Shown piece after piece: positions 1 through 11,708 of a stretch of DNA of 64,000 nt (positions within the stretch are counted from its first letter, which is position 1; every line of letters begins with the position of its first letter). The stretch comes from Mustelus asterias (Eukaryota): positions 124,001 through 188,000 of the forward strand of contig NW_027590226.1 in assembly GCF_964213995.1 (NCBI RefSeq), written 5' to 3'. Below the pieces are notes generated by a model. It made no database searches. It was given only the letters and a program-made list of their open reading frames with translations, and had not been told where the DNA came from. The translations under genes were made by a program, and so were the position numbers.

Positions 1-785
1 AGAAATATGTACCTGTGTGAGAGAATGCGTGTGCAAGTGTCCGTATGAGTGAGAGCATGGGAATGTGTGTGAGACGAAGTGAGAGTGTACGGAAGAGGGA
101 ATGTGAGAGGGATAGTGCATGTGTGTGTGTGAGAGAGAGAATGTGTGCGCGAGACTGTGCTTATGTGAGAGACCGTGTCTGTGTGTAAGAGTGTGTGTTA
201 GAGTGTGTGCATGTTCTATGTTTGTGAGAGAGTGTTTGTGAGAGAGCCAGTGTGTGAGAGCAAGAATGTAGAGGTGTGAGATAGTGTGCGCAAGAGAAAT
301 AGAAATATGTGCGTGTGTGTGTGTGAGAGAGAGAGATGCGTGTGCAAGAGGAATTGTGAGAGAGCGTGTGAAGAAATGTGAGACAGCTTGAGCGTGTGTG
401 ACAGAGAGTGGAAGAGAGAGAGTCCATGTGAGAGTGCGTGCGCGAGAGTGTGAGACTGTGCTTATGTGAGAGTGTGTGTCTGTGTGTAAGAGAGAATGGG
501 TGGGTGTGTGGGGATGTGAGCGCTTTTGTGTATGGGGATGTGAGAGATTGATGGAGAGAGCGAGACGATGTATGTATTTGTATTGAGAGAGTGTATGTGT
601 AACGTGAGAGAGAGAATGTGTATGGGTGTGTAAGAGAGACCGTATGAGAGAGAAAGTAAGTGTGAGTATGTATGTGTGTGTGTGTGCATGTGTGAGAGAA
701 TATGAGAGTATTTATGTGTGTGAGAGTGTGTGATGTGTATAAGTCTCTATTTGGCTGATTCAGTCTGGAAAACACACTCACTCCA
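1..785. repeat. Degenerate (GA/GT)n microsatellite tract with internal ~300-bp repetition, in the JH-C intron
   Basis: GA/GT dinucleotide runs; agaaatatgt recurs at 1 and 301 and gagactgtgcttatgtgaga recurs at about 151 and 452. Confidence 0.9.
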
Positions 786-999
786 CACATACTCACCCAT
801 TCACACAGTAAGTGGGAGTGACAAGTGAGCACAATACGGAGCGCGGGCCAAGGGTTGGAAAAACATTTAAATCTTTCGCAATCAGTCGCAATTGAATAAT
901 TCACCCTACTCAATGAGGGAAACCTGTAAAAACTCAAGAAATTTGACACAATCCAGGGCAAAGCCACCCACAAGATTATCCGCCCCCTCATTCACCCTA

Positions 1000-1360
1000 T
1001 TCTCTCTCTCCATCACTAACAAGCAGTGACAGCAGTGTGTGTTATATACAAGATGCACTGCAGCAACTCACCAAGGCTCCATAGTAAACACTGTCCAAAC
1101 CCGTTGCCTTTATATCCTAACAGGATAAGGGCAGCAGCCACATATGAAGACTACCACCTGCAAGCTCCCCTCCAAGACACACACCATCCTGACTTGAAAC
1201 AGTACCTCAGTTCCTTCTGGGTCAAAATCCTGGAACTTCCACCTAACAGCACGGCGGATGCCTGCAGCATATGGATTGCAGTTATTCAAGGATGCTTCAT
1301 ATCAACACTTTCTCAAGGAACAATTATTGATGATTAAAACTTCTGGCCGAGCAAATGACT
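1000..1360 (+). mobile_element. Old non-LTR retrotransposon 3' remnant
   Basis: Related sequence (ccatcctgacttgaaa...caaaatcctggaac...ttcaagga) recurs at about 11050-11250, 27900-28270 and 29270-29480. Confidence 0.6.
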
Positions 1361-1809
1361 CTAAAATGGGTTTAGAAGATTAAAAATAAGATGCAAATGA
1401 ATTTGACCCTTCAACTGTCATACCAAACAGGTCATGGACTGCTTTACTACGGAGCACAATCTCACTTTGCATTTGCTCATCGAACATTCCCAAGGCCGGT
1501 ACATCACTGGTTAAAAATCATCCAAACCTCCCTCTACAATCTGACGTTTCTGCTCTCTCTGATGGTCACAATATGCTTTAGGGATCTCATTTCTGAGACG
1601 CCGAGACAAACATCAAGTCAAACTGTCACATTTCTCACAGATACAAGTTTATTGAAGAAATAAATCAAATTTCACTCCCTGAAATACAGCAGAAGGAACC
1701 AGAAGTTTTACAACCAGTCAGGCAGATTCCTGGTCCCAACACAGTGACCACGCGCGCAGAAACAGAACAGACACAAACGGTGCAACAATCGATTTCCCAG
1801 CAGGTAGGT

Positions 1810-2070
1810 ATGATCAATCTGTCAATTTAATTCAAACTGTTTGATTCTAATTGATCAATGATCAATTTACAACAGAAAATCAATAACCTCTTTTAAATAA
1901 AACTGAAATTCATTTCAAAACTCCTGTCGATTTTTAATTATGTCTCTCTGCCTGTCTCACTTCTCGAAAACTATGTAAAAATGTAATTTCGCTGAAAATT
2001 AGGAATCAAAAATAACAGATTCAGGACAGTTCAATGTCCCCGACAGAGATACAGTGACACAGTAAGGATT
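1810..2070. repeat. ~270-bp direct repeat, copy 1 (copy 2 at about 3115-3380)
   Basis: ttcaaactgt..gattctaattgatcaat..tctcgaaaacta..aatgtccc..acagtgac is shared by both copies. Confidence 0.85.
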
Positions 2071-3529
2071 AAATAAACCAAGAAACATTTACATTGAAAA
2101 TCATTACCTGATTCGATCTAATTTCTTAATTAAATGTAATCAACAAAATATTCGAGGTAAAACACCTTATCGAGCTAAGCATAGCTGATAAAAGAAAGGT
2201 TTTGTTTCTGAATTCATTTTCGATACAATTAAACATTCTCTGAAACGGATGATACTTTGCACGCCCGTGCATTATTCAAGGTATTTTGTTTTGAATTAAT
2301 TAGCACCAATATTATATTTTGTTTTGTTAATTGCCGGTTACTTTTCCTGTTAGCTGATTTGTACTCCCTAATAAAATCAGTTTTCAATCATTCAAAACTT
2401 TCCCTGCCTCGAACATTGTGAAGTAATTGGGTTCCAATTAAATATTAAACAATAAACTTCAAATTACTGAATGGAAAGATTCAGACATCTGTAATTCATT
2501 TGCTTCAATCGAATAACATTGTCATGTTTTTTCATTTCCACTTTTACTCCAAATGCCTTATTATAACCTGCAAACGTGTTAAGAATGCATGTTTCTGACT
2601 TTGTATATACTGTAACGGCCTGGCAGTTTGAGGTCAATGAAGCTGCTTCCTAGATTTAATAATTTGGACCATCCATATAATTTAATTACTGAACATATTG
2701 TTTAAATTAAGAAGTTCTGAATTAAACAATGAAAAACACAATGAGGACAATTGATTCAAATCCTCTGCAACACTGAAACATGATGCACAAAATAAGTCGA
2801 GACTTTTTCTTCAGTATAATATTTAATACTAATTAAACATAATGCTCAAATAGAATCAATTCTTCTATTCTGTCATTTATTCATCCAATAATTCTATTCT
2901 ATGTTCAGCAGTAATGGGAGACAGGATGTTATTATTAAATGCAGAGCAAATATTACTAATATAAAAATATTATAATATTATAAAAAATTAATTATTTGAA
3001 TTTCAAATATTAAATTGTAAATCTCTAGCCAGTTTCTGTTGACACCTTACGACAATTCAAACACCATTATATGAACAATTGTTTAGTGTTAGCGAATTCC
3101 ACCTGTCAGAAAACTGTGTTCACTCTGTCACATTTATTCAAACTGTGGGATTCTAATTGATCAATTTTCAAACTACAACAACAAAAATCAATAACTTCTT
3201 TTAAATTAAACTGATATTCATTTCAAAATTCCCTTCGACTTTTAACTATTTCTCCCTGTCTATCTCAAATCTCGAAAACTAGGCAAAAAATATTTTTTTT
3301 TCTGAAAATGTGCACATCAGATATAACCGATCCAGGGTAGTGTAATGTCCCTAACAGAGGTACAGTGACGCAGTAAGAATTGTAATTCATGATTTACTTT
3401 AATCTGCAAGCATCAGTTAACATGAATAAAATGCTCAAATATATATTTATTTTATTTTTTCCGATACCAGTTTGTTTTATCCTGACAAGGATGTTTAAAC
3501 GCAGTTTGTTTTTTTCATTTAGCTAGAAA

Positions 3530-5300
3530 AAGTGTAACCGCTCAGGATCACCGAGTTGAAACAATACAGAAACAATTGAGAAACACCAAACCATTTCACA
3601 AATTTTGAGATGAGATTAGTGATTAATTACCTCTGCATCCAGCTACAAATTACTTGGAAGGAATGCTGCGCCTGCACAGAAACAATGTAATAATCGGGCA
3701 CAAAAATTTCCAAATAGCGTTTTATTGCCAATTATTCTCCAAAACTCATATTTAAGTGAATGCGAACTTCATCGGGGATATAACAATTAATGCAAAGTAT
3801 CTTGTTGAACTGAGCGCTGCTGTGGAAACAGCATGTTATCATTGAAATTGTTTCTGGAATTATCACAAAATATTTCCAGCCGAGAAACCTTTTTGGTCAT
3901 GTTAATTGTATGCAAAGCACAGCAGAACTATTAAAGCCGATTAATGCGAAATGATATTAATAGAAAATAATCTTTTGTGAATATGTAGTTATGTTACCGA
4001 TTAATAACAGTTTGATTTATATTAATTTTACTATCAAACTTGTTAATGAGAAGTTTGTTTTTGCAGCAACTACTTAGTGTCCGATTGAGCGTTGTAAGAC
4101 ATGATTTATTTTAATTTCTAAGAGTTAGTTAAAATTTATAAAAATGCTGTAATACCTTTATTTTATTTCTTTCACAACCTGCTTATTTTCTCCCTACAAG
4201 GATTTTCAAACTCATAGATTATTTGCATTTAACCAGAAAACGTGTAACCGCTCAGTGCCACCGAGTTTAAACAATGCAGAAACACCAAAACATTTCACAC
4301 ATTTTAAACATTCTTAGTGACCCAACAACAGAACCTCCTCAACAGAAACACACCAAAACACATCAATGAGGGAATGAATCCGTTTCACGGGGACGCAACT
4401 CAATTATCCATTCAACAAAATCAAAAATATGATTGCAAGGAAATCTCAATATTCAATCCGGCAAACCAGCTCGTCACCAAGTATATGAATGATTGAACTA
4501 AACAGAAATTTGGAATAAGAGCAATAGCATTGCGAGGAGGTGGAATATGTCCAACAAATTAATATTGAAATTTTACCACATTCTATTCATATTGGGTCAT
4601 ATTTCAAACAGATTTCAAACATATTAAAATATTAGGTGGGTAAAAGCTGCAGCCGTCAGATGCCACCGAGGTTAAACATGGCATGTATCCCAAATTATGA
4701 ATGCAGTGGCAAACTATGTTTTGGACGAGTGGCATAAACCGTGGTTTGGTTTAACCTGCAATTATCAGCTACGATTTAAAAAAATACAAATACAATAAAG
4801 CCTGCCTGATTTCTGTCTGCAGGCACGCGTCAAGTAGTTTAAAACCCGCAGACTGTTTGTATTCAATCACAAAGTGTGTAACAGCTCAGTGTCACCGAGT
4901 GTAAACAATGCAGAATCTCCGAACCATTTCACAAATTTTACTGATTCAAAGTCACCCAGACAGACAACCTCCTCACCAGAAACACGCAGCACTGAGGGAC
5001 TGAACCCCGGCTCATGCAGAAGCAGCTCAATTCTACAAACAGTTGCAACAGAAACAAATTTCACATTGGCAGAAAATCTCAATTTAAAATCCAGCCAATC
5101 TGACCATCACCAAAGCAACTAATAATTAAAATAAGCACAACAATGAGATAACAAAACCAGATTGTGATTAAGCGGAACATGTTCGCAACATTAAAGTAGA
5201 AACTTTAACACATTTTGTTAATATTGGGTTAGATTTCAAACACTTGTGCAGTAGATGGTGCAACTCGCAGCCACTAGATGTCACCGAGATTAAACATTGA
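3530..5300. repeat. Diverged intronic repeat family with a caccgag core (about 3540, 4250, 4660, 4885, 5280); ~620-bp duplication 4240-4700 / 4875-5310
   Basis: Recurrent gtgtaaccgctcag..caccgag..aaacaatgcagaa and gcagcc..agatg.caccgag.ttaaacat. Confidence 0.75.
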
Positions 5301-5600
5301 AGAAACGCCGAACTGCTTAACAAAAGGAAGGCATTTAAAGTAACCCAGCCACACAATGTCCTCAGCAGATACACACCAAATCACAACAAGAGACAGAATC
5401 ACTCAGTATCACCTTTTGTCAATTAACAGTAGAATTCTATAACCCCCATTTTAAGCAGGATCACATGAAACATTGTAAAGATTTTCAGCACAGAATCCAC
5501 CAAACCACATTACATTGAACGAATGAATTAATAAAATCGAGAAAAAGTATAAAACAAAAACTCAAATAAAACACTGACTAAATAAATGCATGGTTCTTAC

Positions 5601-5648
5601 CTGCAGTCACCGTCACCATGGTCCCTTGTCCCCAGTAGTCCATGGCGT
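5601..5648 (-). CDS. IGHJ: Immunoglobulin heavy-chain joining segment (AMDYWGQGTMVTVTA)
   Basis: WGxG motif; phase-1 splice donor G|gtaaga at 5601/5600; preceded by a 23-RSS. Confidence 0.98.
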
Positions 5649-5687
5649 CACAGTGTCACGTTCTCTCGGCTGGGTCATACAATAACC
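5649..5687 (-). other. JH recombination signal sequence, 23-bp spacer
   Basis: On +: heptamer CACAGTG 5649-5655, spacer 5656-5678, nonamer ACAATAACC 5679-5687. Confidence 0.96.
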
Positions 5688-6014
5688 ATCTCTGCACAAA
5701 ATAGACAGAAATCCATCAGTATTTTAAAAATTCACAAGCCAGAGGGAAAGCAAATCACTGCATTTTCATGAAATTATTATTGTACTGGTGGATACCGTTC
5801 GCTCTACATAAATAACCTTAATGTTTTATATTTCATAGAGGATCACATGATCAAGTTATTGAAAACACCAACTGATAATCAAATAGTTATCATAAATTTC
5901 CCATGTTAATTCTCGCTATTTGTGTAGTGCTGGGACATAAATAATACAGCACTGTAAACAATGCTGGATTGGAAAACAGAGCACTGCCCCAGTCTCGGTC
6001 AATTAATGCTGAGG

Positions 6015-6082
6015 GGTTTTTGTATCGACAGTAACTGCTGTGCCACCCAGTTATCACAGTGAGACACAGCATGACAAATACT
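6015..6082 (-). other. IGHD: Diversity segment D2 (core 6043-6054, ATAACTGGGTGG) with 12/12 RSS
   Basis: On +: GGTTTTTGT 6015-6023, 12 bp, TGCTGTG 6036-6042; then CACAGTG 6055-6061, 12 bp, ACAAATACT 6074-6082. Confidence 0.95.
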
Positions 6083-6382
6083 GTGCCCGACTGCTAACTG
6101 TTTAATTTCACTGCTGTCTCAAAAATCTGATTCTGCCTCATCCACGAGCGAATGAGTGAGATATTTCAGCTTGTCCTGGTCATTGTATTTATAAAGGGGA
6201 TCGGAATGCTTTTAAACTCTCTGTGTAGATTTAGCAGATCGGTAAATATAGATTTTATGGGAAGATTTTTATACCTTTTCACAAACTAATATTACTTCCA
6301 CACATTATTTCACTGAAGCCTCGTTTACTTTGAAAATCCTGCTGTGGTGCTGATCACCAATTTGAGCAATCTCTTTCCATGA

Positions 6383-6462
6383 GGTTTTTGTATGAGGATG
6401 TCGCTGCGCTCAGCACTGTGACCCACTGCTGTATCACAGTGACAGACACTCGCACAAAAACT
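6383..6462 (-). other. IGHD: Diversity segment D1 (core 6421-6434, ATACAGCAGTGGGT) with 5' 12-RSS and 3' 22-RSS
   Basis: On +: GGTTTTTGT 6383-6391, 22 bp, CACTGTG 6414-6420; then CACAGTG 6435-6441, 12 bp, ACAAAAACT 6454-6462. Confidence 0.97.
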
Positions 6463-6833
6463 GCACTCAGTCTCTGTTCAGTACTGCCGCTCAATATTCA
6501 CTTCAAATAGACCATTATTTCGATGTAATTTACAATTTATGCAGCAGTTCACAAAACACAATCTAGAAACATCTCCTCCAAGTATCAGAAATATTAAAAC
6601 GAGCATTATATCCAGGTGTGTAATTGCTGAAACTGTTAACAGTAAATAGAAACAGAGTGAAAAGCTCAGCCCATTATGTCTGTGTGTTTTCTTGGTTTAA
6701 TGTTTAATTTTCACTAAGTTGGGTTTGTCAGAAGCGGTTTGTGTTTTTGTTCTGGTCACTGTCGTTAATACTACATTTAAAACAAGCACTGACCTTCAGG
6801 TTATGATGGAAGTTGCTGAATTCCCTCTCGAGC

Positions 6834-6872
6834 TGTTCTTGTTCGGGTCCATCCCTAGTTCCTCTCGCTGTG
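6834..6872 (-). other. VH recombination signal sequence, 23-bp spacer
   Basis: On -: CACAGCG (6872-6866), 23 bp, ACAAGAACA (6842-6834), directly after YYCAR. Confidence 0.94.
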
Positions 6873-7177
6873 GTGTCTTGCACAGTAATAGATGGCGGTG
6901 TCTTCGGTCTTCAGCCTCGTCATTTCCAAAGAGAAGATGTTGCTTGAAGTGTCTTTGGACGCAGTAAATCGATCTTTAATTGCTGGGGCGTAGTTGTTGC
7001 TAGATGAACTATAGTACCTCAGCAGCCACTCTAGCCCCTGTCCTGGAACCTGTCGGATCCAGTGCATGTAAGCGCTGCTAAGACTGAAGCCGCTGGTTTT
7101 ACAGGTCAGTGTCAGGGAGCCTCCTGGACGCCCGGTCTCTGCCTCTGGCTGAGTCAACACAACCTCCGACTGGACAC
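6873..7177 (-). CDS. IGHV: Immunoglobulin heavy-chain variable exon, shark IgM-type, open frame
   Basis: [63 protein letters not shown]; both Cys and Trp conserved; acceptor ttttacag ends at 7178. Confidence 0.98.
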
Positions 7178-7310
7178 CTGTAAAAGTAGATCAAAAAACA
7201 CGAGGATTAATCCTGGTGTAATGATTTTTGACTCTGGAATATTACAGAGATGGACTAAAACTGAGACAGTAACTGTGGGAGACTTAGACAATGAAAAAAA
7301 AACTACTCAC

Positions 7311-7356
7311 CGGATAAGAAAGTCAGCAACAAACTGAGAGAAATCGCCGACCTCAT
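7311..7356 (-). CDS. IGHV: VH leader exon (MRSAISLSLLLTFLS + 1 nt)
   Basis: ATG at 7356-7354; hydrophobic signal peptide; donor G|gtgagt; 133-bp phase-1 intron in frame with the V exon. Confidence 0.95.
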
Positions 7357-7439
7357 CCTTCTGGTAAATTGGGGGAAATGGTTGTGTCAGGAACTCAGTG
7401 AACAAACCAACTCCCGGACTGTTGGATTCCGGTCCGGTG

Positions 7440-7515
7440 AGCGGTATTTAAATACCCGGCAGTAGGGGGCGGCTTTCCAGGCGCCGCCTGTTGATTCCCT
7501 GCTGGAGGCGGCGAC
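7440..7515 (-). promoter_or_regulatory. VH promoter: TATA-like TATTTAAATA (7445-7454) next to a GC-rich block with a CTCF/GC-box-like motif
   Basis: About 90 bp 5' of the ATG; GCAGTAGGGGGCGG at 7459-7472; no ATGCAAAT octamer seen nearby. Confidence 0.7.
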
Positions 7516-9239
7516 TGGATCCAGGTCCCACCTTCCACACCCCCAACAGAATGGACTTCCAGATTTACAATAGGTTAATATTAAAATGGACATTTTATCT
7601 GTGTCGGGATATTTGTTTGGCTGAATATGTTCATTGTATTGTCTCCATTATTTCTGATGGTGATATTGCAGTTCATCATTTCTTTATTTAAAATAACTAA
7701 TTCCATTGTAAATATGGTGATTTTATTACCACGCCCCCAAGAAGAACACAAATCTAAAAATGATGAAATAACATTTTGGGAAAATAAAGAGACCGTCAGT
7801 CTATTTTGCATCAATTCCGGGTCTCTGTCACATTACAATAATAAAGCATCATTTATCAGAATAATTTTTACCGATTTCTGTAACTAAATGAGGGGTATGA
7901 ACAAAGTGATTGCATTTAGAGTGCGGATGGCTATCACTGTACAATTTGGGTTTGGAGATGAGAAGAAACTCTCACACAATACAATGTTTCTCCTTATTTT
8001 TGTCAAACTGCCCCAATCTCGAAGACAGCCCTTTGAAAATATTAAGAATCCCGCCCTCCTGATAATTGAATAGTGAGTTGAGAGAGAAACATAAAATTAA
8101 CATCGACTTTTGACAGAGAAGTTAATGAATGGAACGGACACGAAGATCATTAAAGTTCTCCTTCAGCAGCCAAATCATTGCATGTCACTCAATCGGCCAC
8201 CAGCTGTCTAACATTCGCTGGTATTGCGAACACAGGATATCAGGGCTTTGCGGCACATTGCACAATATCACAAGAATAAATGTTTTATCTTCCATTGAAT
8301 CAGGTTATGAACTGATCATTTCTCCACTCATTGGCAGCTATGATTGGAACTCTTCAATAACAGGAATCAGATTATACTGTACAATAGAATAGGGTGTTAA
8401 TCAGGTACAAGAGACGCTGCTGTTTAAATGTGATACAGAACGTTCAGAATATTCCAGGAATTCCCGCTGTTCATGTCAGTTTTATGATGTTCCCTTAATA
8501 TGATTTCGATGCATTTTATGCCATTGCACTGATTTCAATTGACTGGGGAATTGGGACCATCAACATCTCTCTCTCGTATTTCATGAAGGAGTTAATAAAC
8601 AGACTTTAATAATTGGAATGACATTTATTTGGAAGTTATACAAATGAAAAAGCATCTGGTCACTTTATTGTTTTGCGATACTATTTACTCACATAATGAA
8701 AAGGCCATTGAATGAAAATATTTGATTAGAATGATTACGATTTAAAATGTGTCATTCTTGTGGGAATGAAACATTTATTGTTTAAATGCTGAATCCCATT
8801 TTGTCCGTTTAGGTTCACGCTAATCTGTCCCACACAGTATTTGGCAGCAATCCAGGCTGCTGTCAAATGCTCAAAGTGATTGACAGGAATCATCTGGGGG
8901 TGTTGAGCAGCAGATCAAAGATCTGTTTCCTCAGTACTGACCGCTTGGCTGCAAGCCAACTTAAAACCCTTCACATTGTCAATGAGGCCTATTTATAAAT
9001 AAATCTACCCAGCAACAGTACTGGAGGCACTTTACTTTTTTAAAGTTGTAAATCTAGATGAATTTTTCCCATCTCTAATGAAAGGAATTTCATGCAGCTT
9101 CTCTGGCACCCTGTTAGCAACAATGATGATTTTTCCAACACATCAGAATATTGTGATAGATGGATAGAAAGAATTACAGGCAAACTGAGAAATGTCTCAG
9201 AGAGACGATACATGAACATGTTTGTTTGTATTTTCTTTC

Positions 9240-9590
9240 CCTTTATCTTTCCATGGGGTGTTTGGTTGCAAAGACCGGCACATTTTGTCAGCCCCAAATT
9301 CCCTTGAACTGAGTGGTTTTCTAGGCTACTTCTGAACATATTAAGGAGTCAGCTATTTTGCTGTCCATCTGGAGTCACATCCTTGTGAGACCAGGTAGCG
9401 ATGGCAGATTTCACTCATTGGGGAATCAGAGACGGTCCGATGGTCGCCATTAGCATCTGTTCCATATTTATTAATTGAATTCAAATTCCACCAGCTGCAA
9501 TGCTCCGATTTAAATCCCTGTCCCCACATCATTGTCCTGGGTCTCTGGATCACTGAGCCACTTAAATTAATATTACGTCACAATCTGCGC
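9240..9590 (-). mobile_element. Old tRNA-derived SINE (DeuSINE/SacSINE-like)
   Basis: gaattcaaattccaccagctgc block shared with copies at about 21970-22290 (+), 23840-24190 and 33065-33370. Confidence 0.6.
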
Positions 9591-10424
9591 AAACAATAAA
9601 TGAATGACTGGGTTGATGCAGGAATGAATGACCGTTGAATGAATGAAATGAATATCAGTTGGATGCCTGAATATTTTGATTGAGGAATCAGTGAACGGAT
9701 TGATGGATGCATTGTTAAATGGTACTGAAAGATACTGTTCCACATTCCCATATTTGTACTTGACTGGTTCAGAAGTTGAAACAGTTCCTTGATTCCATTT
9801 CTGTCAGTGTAATAATTTCAATACTTCCAGAGGGTCTGGGTGAAATCAAACCCGATTTTCTCGGGAGTTAGCAAGCTGATCCTCACGAAAAGAAGAGGGC
9901 GTTTTCCTGCGGCACGGATGTTTCATTTCTCTGCTGATACTGAATATTCATATCCAAGATCGAAAGAGGGAACATGATTTGGCTGAGGAGGGAGGATTGT
10001 AATATTTGAAACATTTGCAGCAAATCACTCACCATGCCCTCACCCAAATTAGTGAAGGTAACAAGCTGTAAAATAAATAATGTGGCAACAGATATATTGT
10101 GAAACTCACTGGACAACTACAAGTGTTACATTATTTCCCAAAACTGTGTAATAATGAATCGGGATTTAAAAATTCAGTAAAATCATATTAGGTGCAAGGT
10201 ACTTTAATGCATTTCATTACTGTGGAAATCATCACACCAGCTGTGTATCAGGAGTTTAAAGCGCAGAGACTGCTGGGTAGCGACTCATGATCCTCAGTCT
10301 AAATTCATTCAATTTCCCACTGCATTCTGGGACAGATTTTTATCCTTGGCGACAAAAAGGCCAATACAATGACAAGAAATGTTAATATCAATGAATTATT
10401 CAAAGCAAAGTTGTATAGAATGAA

Positions 10425-10960
10425 ATACTGAAAACAAACAGAAAATGCTGGAAAATCTCAGCAGATCTGACAGCATCTGTGGAGACAGAGTGGACCCAAC
10501 ATTTCGAGTCTGGATGACCCTTCAGCAGAGTATTCCTAATGCGTTGGAAAGATTATCATTGTTTCTAACAAGGTGTCAGACAAGCTGCATAACTTTGTTG
10601 TGAGATGTGAATAGTTCAAATAGGCACTGTTTAATTATAAGCACTATTTCGAGCCACACACAAGCTGCATCAACTTACATACGGATCCCAAATATCATAA
10701 TCAACTTATCCATGCTAACTGACCTAATCAACGTCTCAATCACTAACTATATCCTAAAGAAACTTCCTAATCCCTTTCCACCCTCATCATTTCCCAATGC
10801 CATCGCCCTCTTCAATTTTCTCCAAATATAAAAAGGGTCATCCTGATTCGAAACTTTGACTCTATTCTCTCACCACAGATGCTGTCAGACCTGTTGAGAT
10901 TTTCAGAATTTATTATTTTTGTTTCAGTTTTCAGAATCCGCCATGTTTTTCATTTATTAA
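10425..10960. mobile_element. Penelope-like terminal inverted arms (10425-10530 / 10830-10960) around a ~300-bp spacer
   Basis: aaaatgctggaaaatctcagcagatctgacagcatctgtgg and its reverse complement; hammerhead-like core CTGCTGA..GAAA on -. Confidence 0.65.
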
Positions 10961-11404
10961 AATGCTGAATATAATTGGTGAAATAATTGTTTATCTGTAT
11001 TAATTGATGTTAATTGGTGAATTGGAACTACCCCGCCGGGATATTTCCCTCCAGACGCTCATAAACCTGACTTGGACATATATTACCGCTCCTTTAACGT
11101 CGCTGGGTCGGAATCCAGGAGAACCCTTCCTAACAGCACTGTGGGTGTACCTACACTGCAGGTTGTGCAACGGTTCAAGGTGGCAGCTCACCACCAGCTT
11201 ACCGAATGCACTTAGCAATGTGAAATAAATTATAGCTTAGACAGTCACCCACCTTCCATAAAGTAATTTTAAATATATTAACCTTTGTGAATGAATGGTG
11301 AATGCATTTATTAAATTGTGAATGGACGGTCATTGGTGAAAATAATTACTATCTTTCTGAACATTTATGACATTCTCCTTACCTGCTGGAAGATTTAAGG
11401 TTTG

Positions 11405-11708
11405 TAGTTCATTTATTAATGTCACAAGCAGGCTTACATTAACAGTGCTTTGAAGTCACTGTGAAAATCCCCGAGTCGCCACACTATACCGTCTGTTCGG
11501 GTACACTGAGGGAGAATTTAGCCTGGCCAGCGCACATTACCAGCATGCCTTTTCGGACTGTGCAGGAAACTGGACCACCCAGAAGAAATCCACGCATAAA
11601 CGGGGAGAATGTACAGACTCCGCACAGACACTGGCCCACGCCCGGAACCAAACCAGTGGCCCTGGCAGTGTGAGGCAACAGACCTAACCACTGTGCCACC
11701 ATGGCACC
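11405..11708 (-). mobile_element. tRNA-derived SINE (variant tail)
   Basis: Head gtggcacagtggttag..; same family at 33760-34050 (-) and 34750-35005 (+). Confidence 0.75.

Noticed and set aside
1-785. Class-switch (S) region in the J-C intron
   Set aside because: Dinucleotide satellite without AGCT/WGCW pentamer enrichment; conventional S regions are not known in sharks
161-991. 276-aa His/Thr/Ser-rich ORF
   Set aside because: Translation of a CA/CT microsatellite; no domain
1740-1779. Extra RSS (CACAGTG followed by ACACAAACG)
   Set aside because: 24-bp spacing, weak nonamer and no adjacent J or D coding segment
1-5600. IgM CH1 exon
   Set aside because: No C1-domain Cys/Trp pattern found in a suitable exon; constant exons must lie outside the window
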